Assembly: GCA_044376115.1 (NCBI GenBank) | Contig: JBILLK010000008.1 | Span: 224,001 to 288,000, forward strand | Direction of reading: 5' to 3' | DNA: 64,000 bases | Source of the DNA: Polyangiaceae bacterium | Lineage (GTDB): Bacteria > Myxococcota_A > Polyangia > Polyangiales > Polyangiaceae | Shown: positions 1 through 9,410 of the stretch, in pieces | How the letters are laid out: the number at the start of each line of letters is the position of its first letter | Numbering within the stretch: position 1 is the first letter of the stretch | Program-made: the position numbers and the translations under genes | The notes under the pieces: model-generated | Told to the model about the DNA's origin: nothing | The model's input: the letters and a program-made list of their open reading frames with translations, nothing else | Database searches by the model: none

Positions 1-1
1 G

Positions 2-988
2 GATGCGAGCTCGGTGATGGTCGCAAGCCAGCTGATCCGAGAAGCGGCCTCGGCCAAAGCGCAGCTTTATCGCTCTATCGCCGCCGAGCAGCTGCTCGAG
101 CTGGAGAAGAAGATCACCTTCGCGCACGCGCAGAACGCCGAGCTGGCGCGGCAACTCTCGCTGGCCGGTAACCTGCCCGAGTTGACGCTGCTCGAGCACC
201 AAGCGCGCTATCAAGAAAGCCGCTTGGGCCTGCGCGAGGCCGAGGCGCGTTCAGCCATGGCGCGGGAGAGCTTGCGCGTGACGCTGGGCCTCGCCGGCGA
301 GCCGTTCGTACTGCAACAAGCGTTGCCCGCCCTCCCCGCAAGCGAGCCCGATTGGTCGGCCTTGGAGGACACCGCGTTGGCCGCCAGCCTGGATGTCGTC
401 GCCAATGAGACGGCCTATCGCGCAGCAGCGCGCGAGCTCGACGCGGCCGAAACCGAGGCCTACGTGCCGCGCTTTTCTGCCGGCGTCTCCGCCGAGCACG
501 AGGGCGACCATTGGAACATCGGGCCGCTGCTCTCCCTGGAGCTGCCGCTGCTCTCGCAAGGCCAAGGTCGCATCGCCAGCATTGAAGCGGCCATGGCCAT
601 GCAGGCCGCCGCCCAGCGCAGGACCACCATCGTGGTGCAGAGCGCCGCCATCAGTTTGCGCATGAGCGTAGAGGCCAGCCGCGAGCGCGCGGCCTTCTTC
701 CAGGAGACGGTATTACCCCTACGTAAGCGCATATCCGCCGAGGCCGAGCTGCAATACAACTCGATGAACCTCGCACTGTTTGACCTCTTGTTCGCCAAGG
801 TCGAGGAGCTGCAAGCCGAGGCCCGCGCCATCCAGGCCCTGCGCGATTACTGGTTAGTCCGCGCCGAGCTCGATTCACTATTAGCCGGCGCCCTCCCCTC
901 CCGCCTCGCACAAACCAACCCCTCCGCCGCCGCCCCCACCGACTCCGGCGCCTCCCGAGCCAACGTCAACGTCGGCCACGTCCACTAA
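2..988 (+). CDS. TolC/CusC-like outer-membrane efflux protein (probably 5'-partial)
   Basis: Helical OEP-type repeats, 'LSLELPLL', 'YNSMNLALFDLL', 'ALRDYW', His-containing tail (GHVH); frame open to the window edge. Confidence 0.85.
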   Translation, partial: DASSVMVASQLIREAASAKAQLYRSIAAEQLLELEKKITFAHAQNAELARQLSLAGNLPELTLLEHQARYQESRLGLREAEARSAMARESLRVTLGLAGEPFVLQQALPALPASEPDWSALEDTALAASLDVVANETAYRAAARELDAAETEAYVPRFSAGVSAEHEGDHWNIGPLLSLELPLLSQGQGRIASIEAAMAMQAAAQRRTTIVVQSAAISLRMSVEASRERAAFFQETVLPLRKRISAEAELQYNSMNLALFDLLFAKVEELQAEARAIQALRDYWLVRAELDSLLAGALPSRLAQTNPSAAAPTDSGASRANVNVGHVH

Positions 989-1128
989 AGCCAAACCGTC
1001 CCCGAGAACCGCCAAAGCCGAGCCGCGCACCGCGCGCGAAGGGTTGCACCGCCCGCCAAAGGCTGGCAGCATGCGCGCGCTTTCTTGGGTCGGCAGCGCA
1101 GCCCAGGCAGCACGTCACTCGAAGTAAA

Positions 1129-1201
1129 GCCCTCGTAGCTCAGTGGACAGAGCAGCGGTTTCCTAAACCGAAGGTCACAAGTTCGATCCTTGTCGGGGGC
1201 G
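1129..1201 (+). tRNA. tRNA-Arg(CCT)
   Basis: Cloverleaf: acceptor GCCCTCG/CGGGGGC, D-arm GCTCAGTGGACAGAGC, anticodon loop TTCCTAA, T-loop GTTCGATCC; CCA not encoded. Confidence 0.96.
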
Positions 1202-1229
1202 CTATTGATGGTCGGGAATGGTGTCGCCC

Positions 1230-1955
1230 ATGAAACGATTTCTTGTGGCACTTTTGGCTGCGCATTCCTGCGGTGAGCCCGAAGCTTCGCGCCAGCAATC
1301 GAGCGGCAGCACAGTACATGCGACAATTGTCTCAAGCCCAGTCGATCCCCCAAAGGCGAGGTGGCCCCGCCCCTTTCGAGATCCGACAGTCCCTCGGGGA
1401 CTCTTGTCTATGGATCATGACGTATTCTTCGAGACCTACGAGGTCCTGCCTCGAGCGCAACGAAACCTCGGCGCCGAACCGCTCAGCTTTGTCGTGGTGC
1501 CAACGATAGAAAGCTCTGAGCACGCGACCTGTCAGACCTACTTCCATAACGGACGAAGTGAGAACGTATGCGCCGTCCACGGCCCTTTGGAAGCCTCTGG
1601 CCTTCAGGCCGCATCGCTTCCCTGGGCGCTAGTCCCCGAGACGGAGCAAGGGCGGAGTGCAATGCTCAATCTGCTGTGCATAGACCTTGCGCTTCGTGAC
1701 GCTTCGGACGGTCGCGGGCACGTCTACGAGAGCTATGCACAAATGCGCGCCGAAATCGACGGGGCAAAGCGTCACGTATTCGTGGCCGTCGGTCTACAGC
1801 CCCCTGCCTTGACCCCGCTTAGCTCCACATCCTGGCCGTCAATATGTTCGCCCCGGTGGGAAGAGCGCGGATATACGCCAAGACCGTCAAGCATTCCTCG
1901 CGATAGTTGGATATTCGTTTGGGGGCGCGAGCCGACTAGTTCCCCGCACGATTAA
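1230..1955 (+). CDS. hypothetical lipoprotein
   Basis: MKRFLVALLAAHSC signal with lipobox-like Cys; no recognisable domain. Confidence 0.6.
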   Translation: MKRFLVALLAAHSCGEPEASRQQSSGSTVHATIVSSPVDPPKARWPRPFRDPTVPRGLLSMDHDVFFETYEVLPRAQRNLGAEPLSFVVVPTIESSEHATCQTYFHNGRSENVCAVHGPLEASGLQAASLPWALVPETEQGRSAMLNLLCIDLALRDASDGRGHVYESYAQMRAEIDGAKRHVFVAVGLQPPALTPLSSTSWPSICSPRWEERGYTPRPSSIPRDSWIFVWGREPTSSPHD

Positions 1956-2197
1956 CCCTCTCCGTGGCCTTCTAAGCCCGGCAAAGCCGGCTCCACGTAA
2001 TTCGGCGCAAGCCGTCGCTGGAGGCGACCGGCCGAGCCACGTGCGCCGATTGCGGATCGAAACGAAAAAGCGAATTGCTGTCGATATGCCAATCGCGCTA
2101 TCAGGGGTGGCGAACCAGTGATTTTGCCCGACGATTCACAGGATGTTGTGGTTTCCCTGAGCTGCAACCGTTGAGCATTGGCTGAAATTGGAGGCCT

Positions 2198-2767
2198 GTG
2201 ATGTGGCATTGGAAGCTGAGAGTTCCGTTTACAGGGGTTGCACTGGGCCTTCTAACGCTTGCTGCGTGTGGCGACGGTGATGCGGGCAGTGGCGGCAGCG
2301 CAGGAGCTGGAGCGCAAGCAGGCTCCGATGCGTTTCCACCGGCTTGCCCCGGCTTTGAGACGGAGCCGGGCGCTGGTTGCCCGGCTCCGTGCGAGCCATT
2401 GGTTTCAGGAGGTCCGGGAGGTCGTGCTTATTGCACGACGCCTTGCACTGATTGTCCGGCGGGGTTCATTTGTGGCTTTTCAGCTGGGCCCAAAGCAATG
2501 GACCAAAGCGAACGGGACGTCTGCCTACCGGGTGTCTGCGACCCAAGTGTTCCGACCAGCTGTCCCGACAATCTATCATGTGAGGAGTTCGGATTTTCCT
2601 ATTGTTACCCATCTCCCGGCATCGTCGGCACCCGCTGTGAAGTGTATGTGCCAGAAACTGGAGCAGCTTGCTCTGCACAGTGCCCCTATCGGCTTGAGAT
2701 TGAAGGGGGGGTGCTTTGCACTTCGGAGTGTGAGTTGGAGAATCACCCGAGTGCGTTGGTGATCTAG
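2198..2767 (+). CDS. Cys-rich lipoprotein
   Basis: LAAC lipobox, Gly/Ser linker, repeated YCT..C..CP.G..C motifs; GGAGG upstream. Confidence 0.7.
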   Translation: MMWHWKLRVPFTGVALGLLTLAACGDGDAGSGGSAGAGAQAGSDAFPPACPGFETEPGAGCPAPCEPLVSGGPGGRAYCTTPCTDCPAGFICGFSAGPKAMDQSERDVCLPGVCDPSVPTSCPDNLSCEEFGFSYCYPSPGIVGTRCEVYVPETGAACSAQCPYRLEIEGGVLCTSECELENHPSALVI

Positions 2768-2888
2768 AGGGTAAAGACGCCTATCCGGGGCTTTGTAGTC
2801 CACCCTGTAAACTAGACGCTGATTGTCCCCTGGGAATTCGCTGCTCGACAACCACCTGCCCCTTCCCACCCTGTTTTGAGAGGGGAAT

Positions 2889-3608
2889 ATGCGACTATCT
2901 TTTCTCGCTCTGAGCCTTTGCGCACTTATTGGTTGCGGTGGGATTGTGGTTTGGCCGGGCGATGAAGCGCAGCCGAATGAAGGCGGCTCCGCTGCAGCCG
3001 GACCGGCTCCAGGCGGCTCCACCGGGGTTAACAGCATGGGTATCTGGGACGAGGTAGCATGCCCTGGCTACTTCGACGAAGTGCCTGGTGCGATTGAAGG
3101 CTTAGGCTGCCCAGCGGGATGCCCAATCTGGTTGGATGAACCGGGGCCCGAGCCTGGTCTGGCCAATAAGGTCTATTGTGCAGCGGCTTGTGGGGCGGAC
3201 AACAGCTGTCCGCTGGGCACAGAGTGCTTCGACGGGCTTTGTTTGTTTCGGTGCACGGGGGTCGTAACGTGCCGGCCCAATACCGCGTGCTTTGCCCACG
3301 TAGACTATTGCGCGCCTTTCGTTAATGGGTTGGTCCCGTGTGGGCCATACCTGACGGAGGGCAGCTGCGCGAATGGCTGTTACGCGTCGCTGGAACTGCC
3401 GGATGGGAGCAATTTCTGCACCATTGACTGTGCCGACGCCCTTCATGGGGATGGCGACTGCGTTGCCGGGGCAACGTGTGCTTGGGATGCTCCTCCTCTT
3501 CCAGATGGCCGGAAGCTTTGTTTGCCGATATGTGAGTCAGACGCGGATTGCATCGGTGGATTGACCTGTAAAGACGGGTCGTGCCAGTGGCCTGCAATAG
3601 CGCCTTAG
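2889..3608 (+). CDS. Cys-rich lipoprotein
   Basis: LIGC lipobox, many Cys in myxobacterial disulfide-repeat spacing; GAGGGG upstream. Confidence 0.75.
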   Translation: MRLSFLALSLCALIGCGGIVVWPGDEAQPNEGGSAAAGPAPGGSTGVNSMGIWDEVACPGYFDEVPGAIEGLGCPAGCPIWLDEPGPEPGLANKVYCAAACGADNSCPLGTECFDGLCLFRCTGVVTCRPNTACFAHVDYCAPFVNGLVPCGPYLTEGSCANGCYASLELPDGSNFCTIDCADALHGDGDCVAGATCAWDAPPLPDGRKLCLPICESDADCIGGLTCKDGSCQWPAIAP

Positions 3609-3712
3609 GCTCTCCGCTCACCAGCGCATGCAGCTACTCACCCAAGCGGCCCGTCGGGCTCGTGATCGTAATCGGCTGCGAGTTCGCCAAGGCCTTTAGC
3701 GCGACGGCTCGT

Positions 3713-4279
3713 CTACGCGACCGGCTCGCCCTCCACGCAGAGCTTCCACAGCTTGGCCGCGAGGGCCCGCACGACGGGCGAGGCATCGTCGCGTAGGTGA
3801 AGCTCGAGCCCCACGGCGAGTTCGAGCCGCGACCAGCGCTTCTCGGCGCCGACTGCGACCGCCGCCCCACCCGTCGGCGCTAACGCGGCGGGTGCGCCCA
3901 CCGCGATCCCCAGCGCCGTTGCCAGCCGACCCGGCGTGAGGTTGCGTTTGACGAGCGCCTCCAGAGCCTCCGGGGTCGCGTCGGCGAGTCGCTTCTTGAT
4001 CGCGTCGAGCCCCAGCGATTCGAAGGCGCGGAGCGTACGCGCTGCCACGAGGCGCAGCAGATGCGCGCGCTCGTAACGTGTCCCCGGTCCGCGGACCTTC
4101 GGCGGTGGGATGACCCCACGCTCCATGTAGAAGCGCACCGTCCGCGTCGTCGTGCCAGCCAACGCCGCGAGGTCTTGTAGCGACAAACCCGGCTTGGGGC
4201 GCAGCTTCCTCAGCTCGCGGGCGCGTTTGATGCCCTCCTTTTGCCGCCGTTTCCACTCAACATGGGTGATCCGGGCCAT
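3713..4279 (-). CDS. MerR-family HTH protein
   Basis: LSLQDLAALAGTTTRTVRFYMERGVIPPP...YERAHLLRL; C-terminal WSRLELAVGLELHL. Confidence 0.85.
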   Translation of the reverse strand: MARITHVEWKRRQKEGIKRARELRKLRPKPGLSLQDLAALAGTTTRTVRFYMERGVIPPPKVRGPGTRYERAHLLRLVAARTLRAFESLGLDAIKKRLADATPEALEALVKRNLTPGRLATALGIAVGAPAALAPTGGAAVAVGAEKRWSRLELAVGLELHLRDDASPVVRALAAKLWKLCVEGEPVA

Positions 4280-4668
4280 CTCGCCACTCTAGCGCCTGGG
4301 GAGGCGTAAAGAGCGCTTTTATTAACCAGCGAGCGGCGCGAAAGAACGCTCCGACCGTTCTTTCCTGACAGTGTCGCGTCTCCGGAGAACATCAGAATGT
4401 TCTTTTTACCCAGCGACTGAAATATTAGGCGGCATCGAGCGCTTCATTTGGCCACCTCATGGCGCTTTAGAAGGTTCAGGCGTTGCTCGGCCGCTGTTGG
4501 CTGGCGTAATAGAACCATCGTACCGTACTCATCGAGCCATCTCATGGGTCGATAGACCGTTACCCACCGCCAAGGCATCGACATCCGCGTGATCGCACGG
4601 GAGGAGCTAATCGTGCTGGTGATGCGCTACCTCGCGTGCGAGCCGAGCGAGTAGGCGGCTAGTTCAAA

Positions 4669-5304
4669 TCAGAGCGAGGACTCCGCAGTCTGCCAATTCG
4701 GAAGCGCCACTTCCAAGTTCGGAATCATGCGAGCGCGGCGACCTATCTCGTTGTGAACGATCGCTTGGTCGAAGGTCGTGTTTCCCAGCAGAACCTCGGG
4801 ATCGAGTTCGAAGGACAAGCGGGTGAATTCTGGTCCGGGGGCGGGCACGGGCTCTTTGTGTGAGACGAGGACTCCACGAGCGAACTCGAACGATGCGCTC
4901 CGCTCTTTGTGAGAAACCTCGAGACTCACGTGCGAGCAGCAAGCATTCATAACGGCCAGCCCGAGTTCGCAGAAGCTCGAGCCAACGTCGATATGCTTCT
5001 TCCGATTCGAGCAACCCGCGTGAAGGACGAGGAAAACGAGAGCGACGTACGAGCGTGTCGCCCGGTCGATATCGAGGGGCATGCCGGCGTTGTACGAAAC
5101 ACACGCACGCTGTGAAGTTGTGCCTTCGAGGGACACGCGAATCTTGCGACCACCGACGGCTTCATCCACGGCGTGACACATCGCCTGGGCCATCAGGCGC
5201 GCGGGAAGGCTCGGGCTCATGAGGTCGCCCAGGTACAACCCCGGCCGGTGCCGAACGGCCTCCAGACCCTCGAGCGCCTCAATCTTGCTGGGGTCGTAGG
5301 ACAT
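4669..5304 (-). CDS. stand-alone GyrB/ParE N-terminal (GHKL) domain-like protein, catalytic motifs degenerate
   Basis: SYDPSKIEALEGLEAVRHRPGLYLGD, AVDEA, VLHAG, GLAVMNA align to GyrB residues ~1-220; no transducer or TOPRIM domain. Confidence 0.8.
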   Translation of the reverse strand: MSYDPSKIEALEGLEAVRHRPGLYLGDLMSPSLPARLMAQAMCHAVDEAVGGRKIRVSLEGTTSQRACVSYNAGMPLDIDRATRSYVALVFLVLHAGCSNRKKHIDVGSSFCELGLAVMNACCSHVSLEVSHKERSASFEFARGVLVSHKEPVPAPGPEFTRLSFELDPEVLLGNTTFDQAIVHNEIGRRARMIPNLEVALPNWQTAESSL

Positions 5305-5542
5305 CGTGATCGTTGGGAACCTACTGGCGTTCGGCGGCGGCTGCCATACGGAGCGAAGCGCGGAAGCGCGGGGCTCCGCAATCACCTTTGGAGCAGAACG
5401 CGGGGGGAAATAAGGGCAGGATGCGCGAACTGACGATACGCTGAAAACTAGATCGGGCCCGCACGCATGAGCTCACGAGGGCATGCGGAGAATCACGCTA
5501 CTCGTCTGGCGAGAGCACGCGTTTCGCCTCGCCACGAGGACC

Positions 5543-6331
5543 TCAAAGCGCGTAGACGATCTTCGCATACTCCTCGAGGCAGCCTTCGTTCCAGAACGAG
5601 TAGTCCCGGGGAAACTCGAGTTCTTCGGCGTCCTCGAGCACGTCGTAGGCTTCGTCGGAGAGCTTGCCGCGGGCGAGGGCGAGGCAGAGGGCGGCCGCAG
5701 TCCGTTCGACGACGTCTTCGGCGCCGAGCGAGGTTGCGGTGTCGGCGGGCGACTTGGCGTGCTGAAGCCGCGCGGTCAATCCCTCCGCGAGAAGCAGGCT
5801 CGCACGGGTGCGGTGTGAGCTCTCGCGTCGTCGCTGGGCCGTGAGTGCCTCGAGGGTCGAAGCTCGTGGAAAGAGCGATGCGAGCAGGGCAGCGGATGCG
5901 CGGACCCGCTCCCCGGGATGGCCCAGCAGCGCCTCGAAGACCGCGGCGCCCGTCGCTACGAGGGCGGGAACGCGAACGAAGCTGTCCGCGCTATCGACGT
6001 CGCCATCACGCGTTGGCACGCCCTTTACGAGGTATTCCTTGCCTCGAAACGTGGCGAAGTCTCGGAGCAAGGTCAGCGCGGCCTCGACGGAGGCGGGCAT
6101 AGAGCCCGGGTCGCACGCGATCTCGAGAATGCGCGGGACCGCCGCTGCCGTGGCTGTGAACACGACGTGATCCTCGCGATGGACCAAGAGTGTCAGCAGG
6201 GAGACCTGGGCAGCCTCCGCCTTCATTCCATCTGCGAGGGCAGAGAGGTGCCTCGGGACCTCGCTCGCTGGGCCAACCCTGCACTCGAGCTCGGCCCACG
6301 CCGGTTCTTCAGCCATTTGCATCTTCCTCAC
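5543..6331 (-). CDS. HEAT/ARM-like helical repeat protein
   Basis: WAELEC..GPASEVP..L, ATAAAVPRILEIA, LLGHPGERVRASAALL motifs. Confidence 0.6.
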   Translation of the reverse strand: MRKMQMAEEPAWAELECRVGPASEVPRHLSALADGMKAEAAQVSLLTLLVHREDHVVFTATAAAVPRILEIACDPGSMPASVEAALTLLRDFATFRGKEYLVKGVPTRDGDVDSADSFVRVPALVATGAAVFEALLGHPGERVRASAALLASLFPRASTLEALTAQRRRESSHRTRASLLLAEGLTARLQHAKSPADTATSLGAEDVVERTAAALCLALARGKLSDEAYDVLEDAEELEFPRDYSFWNEGCLEEYAKIVYAL

Positions 6332-6373
6332 GGTTTCGTTGGTCTCGCTCTCGGCTGCCTTCCTCGCAAACCG

Positions 6374-6691
6374 TCAGCGGTAGGGAGCGTCCGTCGGTCG
6401 CACTGCGATGCGGATCTGGCCGAGCTTCGCCGCGCGCTCGAAAGGCGCGGCGAAGTCCTTCGCGTACCACTCGGTAAGACCGCAAGCCGAACAGACCCAT
6501 GCTTCGAAGGTTCCGATGGCGGCGCGGTGGCGGTTCTTACCCGCCATACCGACGTCTAGCTCGGCCACCGGAAGGGTCGCCACACTCAGGGGGACGATCC
6601 CGTTGATGCTGTCGTGATCGGGCTGGTGGACCTTGTCGATGACATAGAGCTTTTCACACGCGCACTTTGGGCAACGGCCGGAGAGCTTCAT
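6374..6691 (-). CDS. small zinc-ribbon protein
   Basis: CPKC ... CSACGLTEWYA. Confidence 0.75.
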   Translation of the reverse strand: MKLSGRCPKCACEKLYVIDKVHQPDHDSINGIVPLSVATLPVAELDVGMAGKNRHRAAIGTFEAWVCSACGLTEWYAKDFAAPFERAAKLGQIRIAVRPTDAPYR

Positions 6692-6831
6692 CGCTGGATC
6701 CTATCCAATAGCTCCCCTGATGCTTTGAATTCTGCCTAGAACAATCGTCTCTGCCTAGCCTGGTTCTTCGCTTTCTTCGCCGCACACTGCTCGCCTTCGC
6801 GCCCGCGGGGGGCGTGGGGAGGAGGAGCGCA

Positions 6832-7707
6832 ATGAGTGAGATGAGTGTTCTCTTCGGTAGGCCTTCACGGGGTCCGAGCTTCGATGATGGCTATGAGCTC
6901 GAGGTGCTCGCGGCGGAGGAGCTCGACGTCGAGTCGTACGCGATTCACCTGGATGGGATCGTCAATGGCGACGCCGAGCGGTCGCTCATGACGTTGCCGC
7001 GCCCCGCCGGGCGGACGTGGGTCTACCGCGGCTGGATGCTCGACGAAGCCGAGTACACGCTGCTTTACGATGCTATCTTGGACCGCGGAGAGCAGCTGCA
7101 TGTCGACCCGGACAGCTTCGCGCTCACCAGCCTGATGCCGAATTACCTACCTATCCTCGGCGACCGTACTCCCCAATCGGTGTGGACGGAGAGCGAGAGC
7201 GTCAAGGAAGCTTGGGAGGTCGCACAGAGCCTGGGCGCACCGCCGTGGGTGGTAAAGGACCACGTGAAGAGCGCGAAGGAGCACTGGCACCGCGCGTGCT
7301 TTGTGCCTGCGTCCGCTGGGTTCGAGGACTTTCGCGACGTGTGTGAAGAGCTGCTCGCGATTCGTGGCGACCGCTTCGAACGAGGCTTCGTGATTCGGCG
7401 CTTCGTAGAGCTCGCACACCTGCGCGGCTTCACCCCGGACGGGCGACGCGTACCCGACGAGCATCGCTTGGTGTTCTGGAACGGAGAACTGGTCGCGCAC
7501 GCGCCCATCTACGATGTAGACGCCGCTTTCGATGACGCGCGCGCCTTCGAATGGCTCGGAGACGAAGTCGACTCACCCTTCTTCGTCGCCGACGTCGCGC
7601 GCCTCTCGGCGGGAGGCTTTACGGTGGTTGAGCTGAACGACGGCGGCTCGGCGATTCTGCCGGAGCGGCTCGATCCACGGGAGCTTTACCGCGCTATCGC
7701 GGAGTGA
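6832..7707 (+). CDS. ATP-grasp domain protein (R2K / DUF4343-like)
   Basis: YRGWML, VKDHVKSAKEHW, DEHRL, SPFFVADVA...VVELNDG; strong GGAGGAG RBS. Confidence 0.8.
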   Translation: MSEMSVLFGRPSRGPSFDDGYELEVLAAEELDVESYAIHLDGIVNGDAERSLMTLPRPAGRTWVYRGWMLDEAEYTLLYDAILDRGEQLHVDPDSFALTSLMPNYLPILGDRTPQSVWTESESVKEAWEVAQSLGAPPWVVKDHVKSAKEHWHRACFVPASAGFEDFRDVCEELLAIRGDRFERGFVIRRFVELAHLRGFTPDGRRVPDEHRLVFWNGELVAHAPIYDVDAAFDDARAFEWLGDEVDSPFFVADVARLSAGGFTVVELNDGGSAILPERLDPRELYRAIAE

Positions 7708-7807
7708 GGCGGAACGGCATGAGGCGCGCGAGGGCAAGCTCCTAGGTGACGCCTTGAGCGGCTCATCCGTTTTTATCGGCGCGCTGGGTGTAGTAGCTTC
7801 CGATGTT

Positions 7808-8839
7808 ATGTCCGTCGACCGGTTGCTGCTGAAGAACTTCACCACCTTCGAGAAGGTCAACCTTCAGCTGAACGGCGGACTCAACGTGTTCATTGGTGAG
7901 AACGCGACGGGCAAGTCGCACGCAATGAAGGCGATGTACGCGGCGCTTCGCTTCGAGCACGACCGTCACGACCGCTTCGGCTCTTCACTTTCAGAGGTCT
8001 TTCTCCCGGACGGATCGGACCTCCGAAGACTGGTACGCAGGCCCCCTCCGCGCACTTCGAAGAAAAACGCGGTGATTGAACTCAGGGCGGATGGAAAGTC
8101 GTTCCGATACGAGATCGACGCGACGACGGGGGACGGGACCAAGCAGGGCGCGCTAGCAAAAAATGGCTCAGCGCTGTTTGTTCCAACTCGCGAAGCCCTC
8201 GCCATGCATGAAGGTTTCGTGAGCGCAGTAGAAGAGCGTGAACTGTCGTTCGATGCCACCTACGTCGACCTTGCAAAGGCCCTCGGCGCTGCAAGGCTGA
8301 AGGACCCGAGTTCAAACCTTGGAGCGCTGCAAAAGAAGTTACAGGAGCTCTTACACGGCAGCGTCTTTCTGCAATCCGGCAGGTTCTACCTGAAGCAACG
8401 CTCCCTCGTGCTCAAGAAAGGGTCGAAGCCGTTGGCAGCGTGGGCAAAGGAAGGGGTTGAAGCCCACTTGATGTCCGAGGGTCAGCGCAAACTTGGAAGC
8501 ATCGAGCGCCTGCTCACGAACGGGAGGCTGAAGAAGGGTTCGGTTTTCTTTTGGGATGAGCCCGAGGCCAACCTCAATCCTCGTTTGATTGCAGTTGTTT
8601 CCGAGCTGCTGATCGAGATGGCGCTAAGCGGAATCCAGGTGATCGTGGCATCACACGACTACCTTCTTTGCGAGAGAATCAACCTGCGCGCGAAAAAGGA
8701 CACGGCGACATTCTTCTCATTCAGCCGCGGTGACAATGGCGCGGTTGACGTTGAGGCAGCCACCGAGCTCGATGAACTCACCTCGAATCCCATTCGGGAA
8801 GAGTTCTTGGCCTTGTACGATCTTCGCCGAGGTCTTTGA
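7808..8839 (+). CDS. ABC-type AAA ATPase (AAA_15/AAA_21-like, no membrane domain)
   Basis: Walker A GENATGKS, signature LMSEGQRK, Walker B/D-loop FFWDEPEANLNP, H-loop VIVASHD. Confidence 0.9.
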   Translation: MSVDRLLLKNFTTFEKVNLQLNGGLNVFIGENATGKSHAMKAMYAALRFEHDRHDRFGSSLSEVFLPDGSDLRRLVRRPPPRTSKKNAVIELRADGKSFRYEIDATTGDGTKQGALAKNGSALFVPTREALAMHEGFVSAVEERELSFDATYVDLAKALGAARLKDPSSNLGALQKKLQELLHGSVFLQSGRFYLKQRSLVLKKGSKPLAAWAKEGVEAHLMSEGQRKLGSIERLLTNGRLKKGSVFFWDEPEANLNPRLIAVVSELLIEMALSGIQVIVASHDYLLCERINLRAKKDTATFFSFSRGDNGAVDVEAATELDELTSNPIREEFLALYDLRRGL

Positions 8840-8840
8840 G

Positions 8841-9386
8841 GTGGCGAGCTTCGTATTCAAGGAGTCGCGCCTTACGTTCACGATGAGGGCGAAGCGCGCG
8901 TTCCAGTGGGACACGCATCCCGGCTACCGCGACGGGTGTGGCAAGCTCGCCGCAACCAAAGCTGTCGACTTCTGCGTCGTCACCGAGGCGGACGAAGCGT
9001 TCTTGATCGAAGTAAAGAACATCCGCGACTACGTTATTCCCAACAAGGACCGTGACTGGCGAGCCGAAATCGAACGCAAGGTTCGAGACACACTCGCCAG
9101 TTTGCTCTGGGCGAGCGCGCGCAATAGCCAGTGGAAGCCCGACGTCGACACCTTCGTCTCCACATGGTTGAAGAAGAATGGCTCAGGACTAATGGGGATT
9201 CTCTGGCTTGAAGAAGACCAACCGGGGGGAGAGCTGGACGCGCTGACAACCGATCTTTCGCACCGGCTACGGTCGCTGGGAGTTCGGGCACTCGCAGTCT
9301 CGACGGCTACCGAATCAAAGTGCGCCACGCCGAAACTCAGAACGTGGCTCGAGGTCGTTGGGTCGCCCAATCGTCCGCGCCGGTAG
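8841..9386 (+). CDS. hypothetical protein with PD-(D/E)xK-like motif, partner of the ATPase
   Basis: GTG start 1 nt after the ATPase stop with GAGG upstream; KAVDF...FLIEVKN; EIERKVRDTL. Confidence 0.65.
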   Translation: MASFVFKESRLTFTMRAKRAFQWDTHPGYRDGCGKLAATKAVDFCVVTEADEAFLIEVKNIRDYVIPNKDRDWRAEIERKVRDTLASLLWASARNSQWKPDVDTFVSTWLKKNGSGLMGILWLEEDQPGGELDALTTDLSHRLRSLGVRALAVSTATESKCATPKLRTWLEVVGSPNRPRR

Positions 9387-9410
9387 CGCCGATTTCGCTG
9401 TGTTCCGGGC

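Noticed and set aside
4200..4279. RRQKEGIKRARE resembles helix E of serine resolvases
   Set aside because: Too short; no catalytic domain upstream
4669..5304. Calling this gene gyrB
   Set aside because: About a quarter of GyrB length, catalytic residues missing, no continuation downstream
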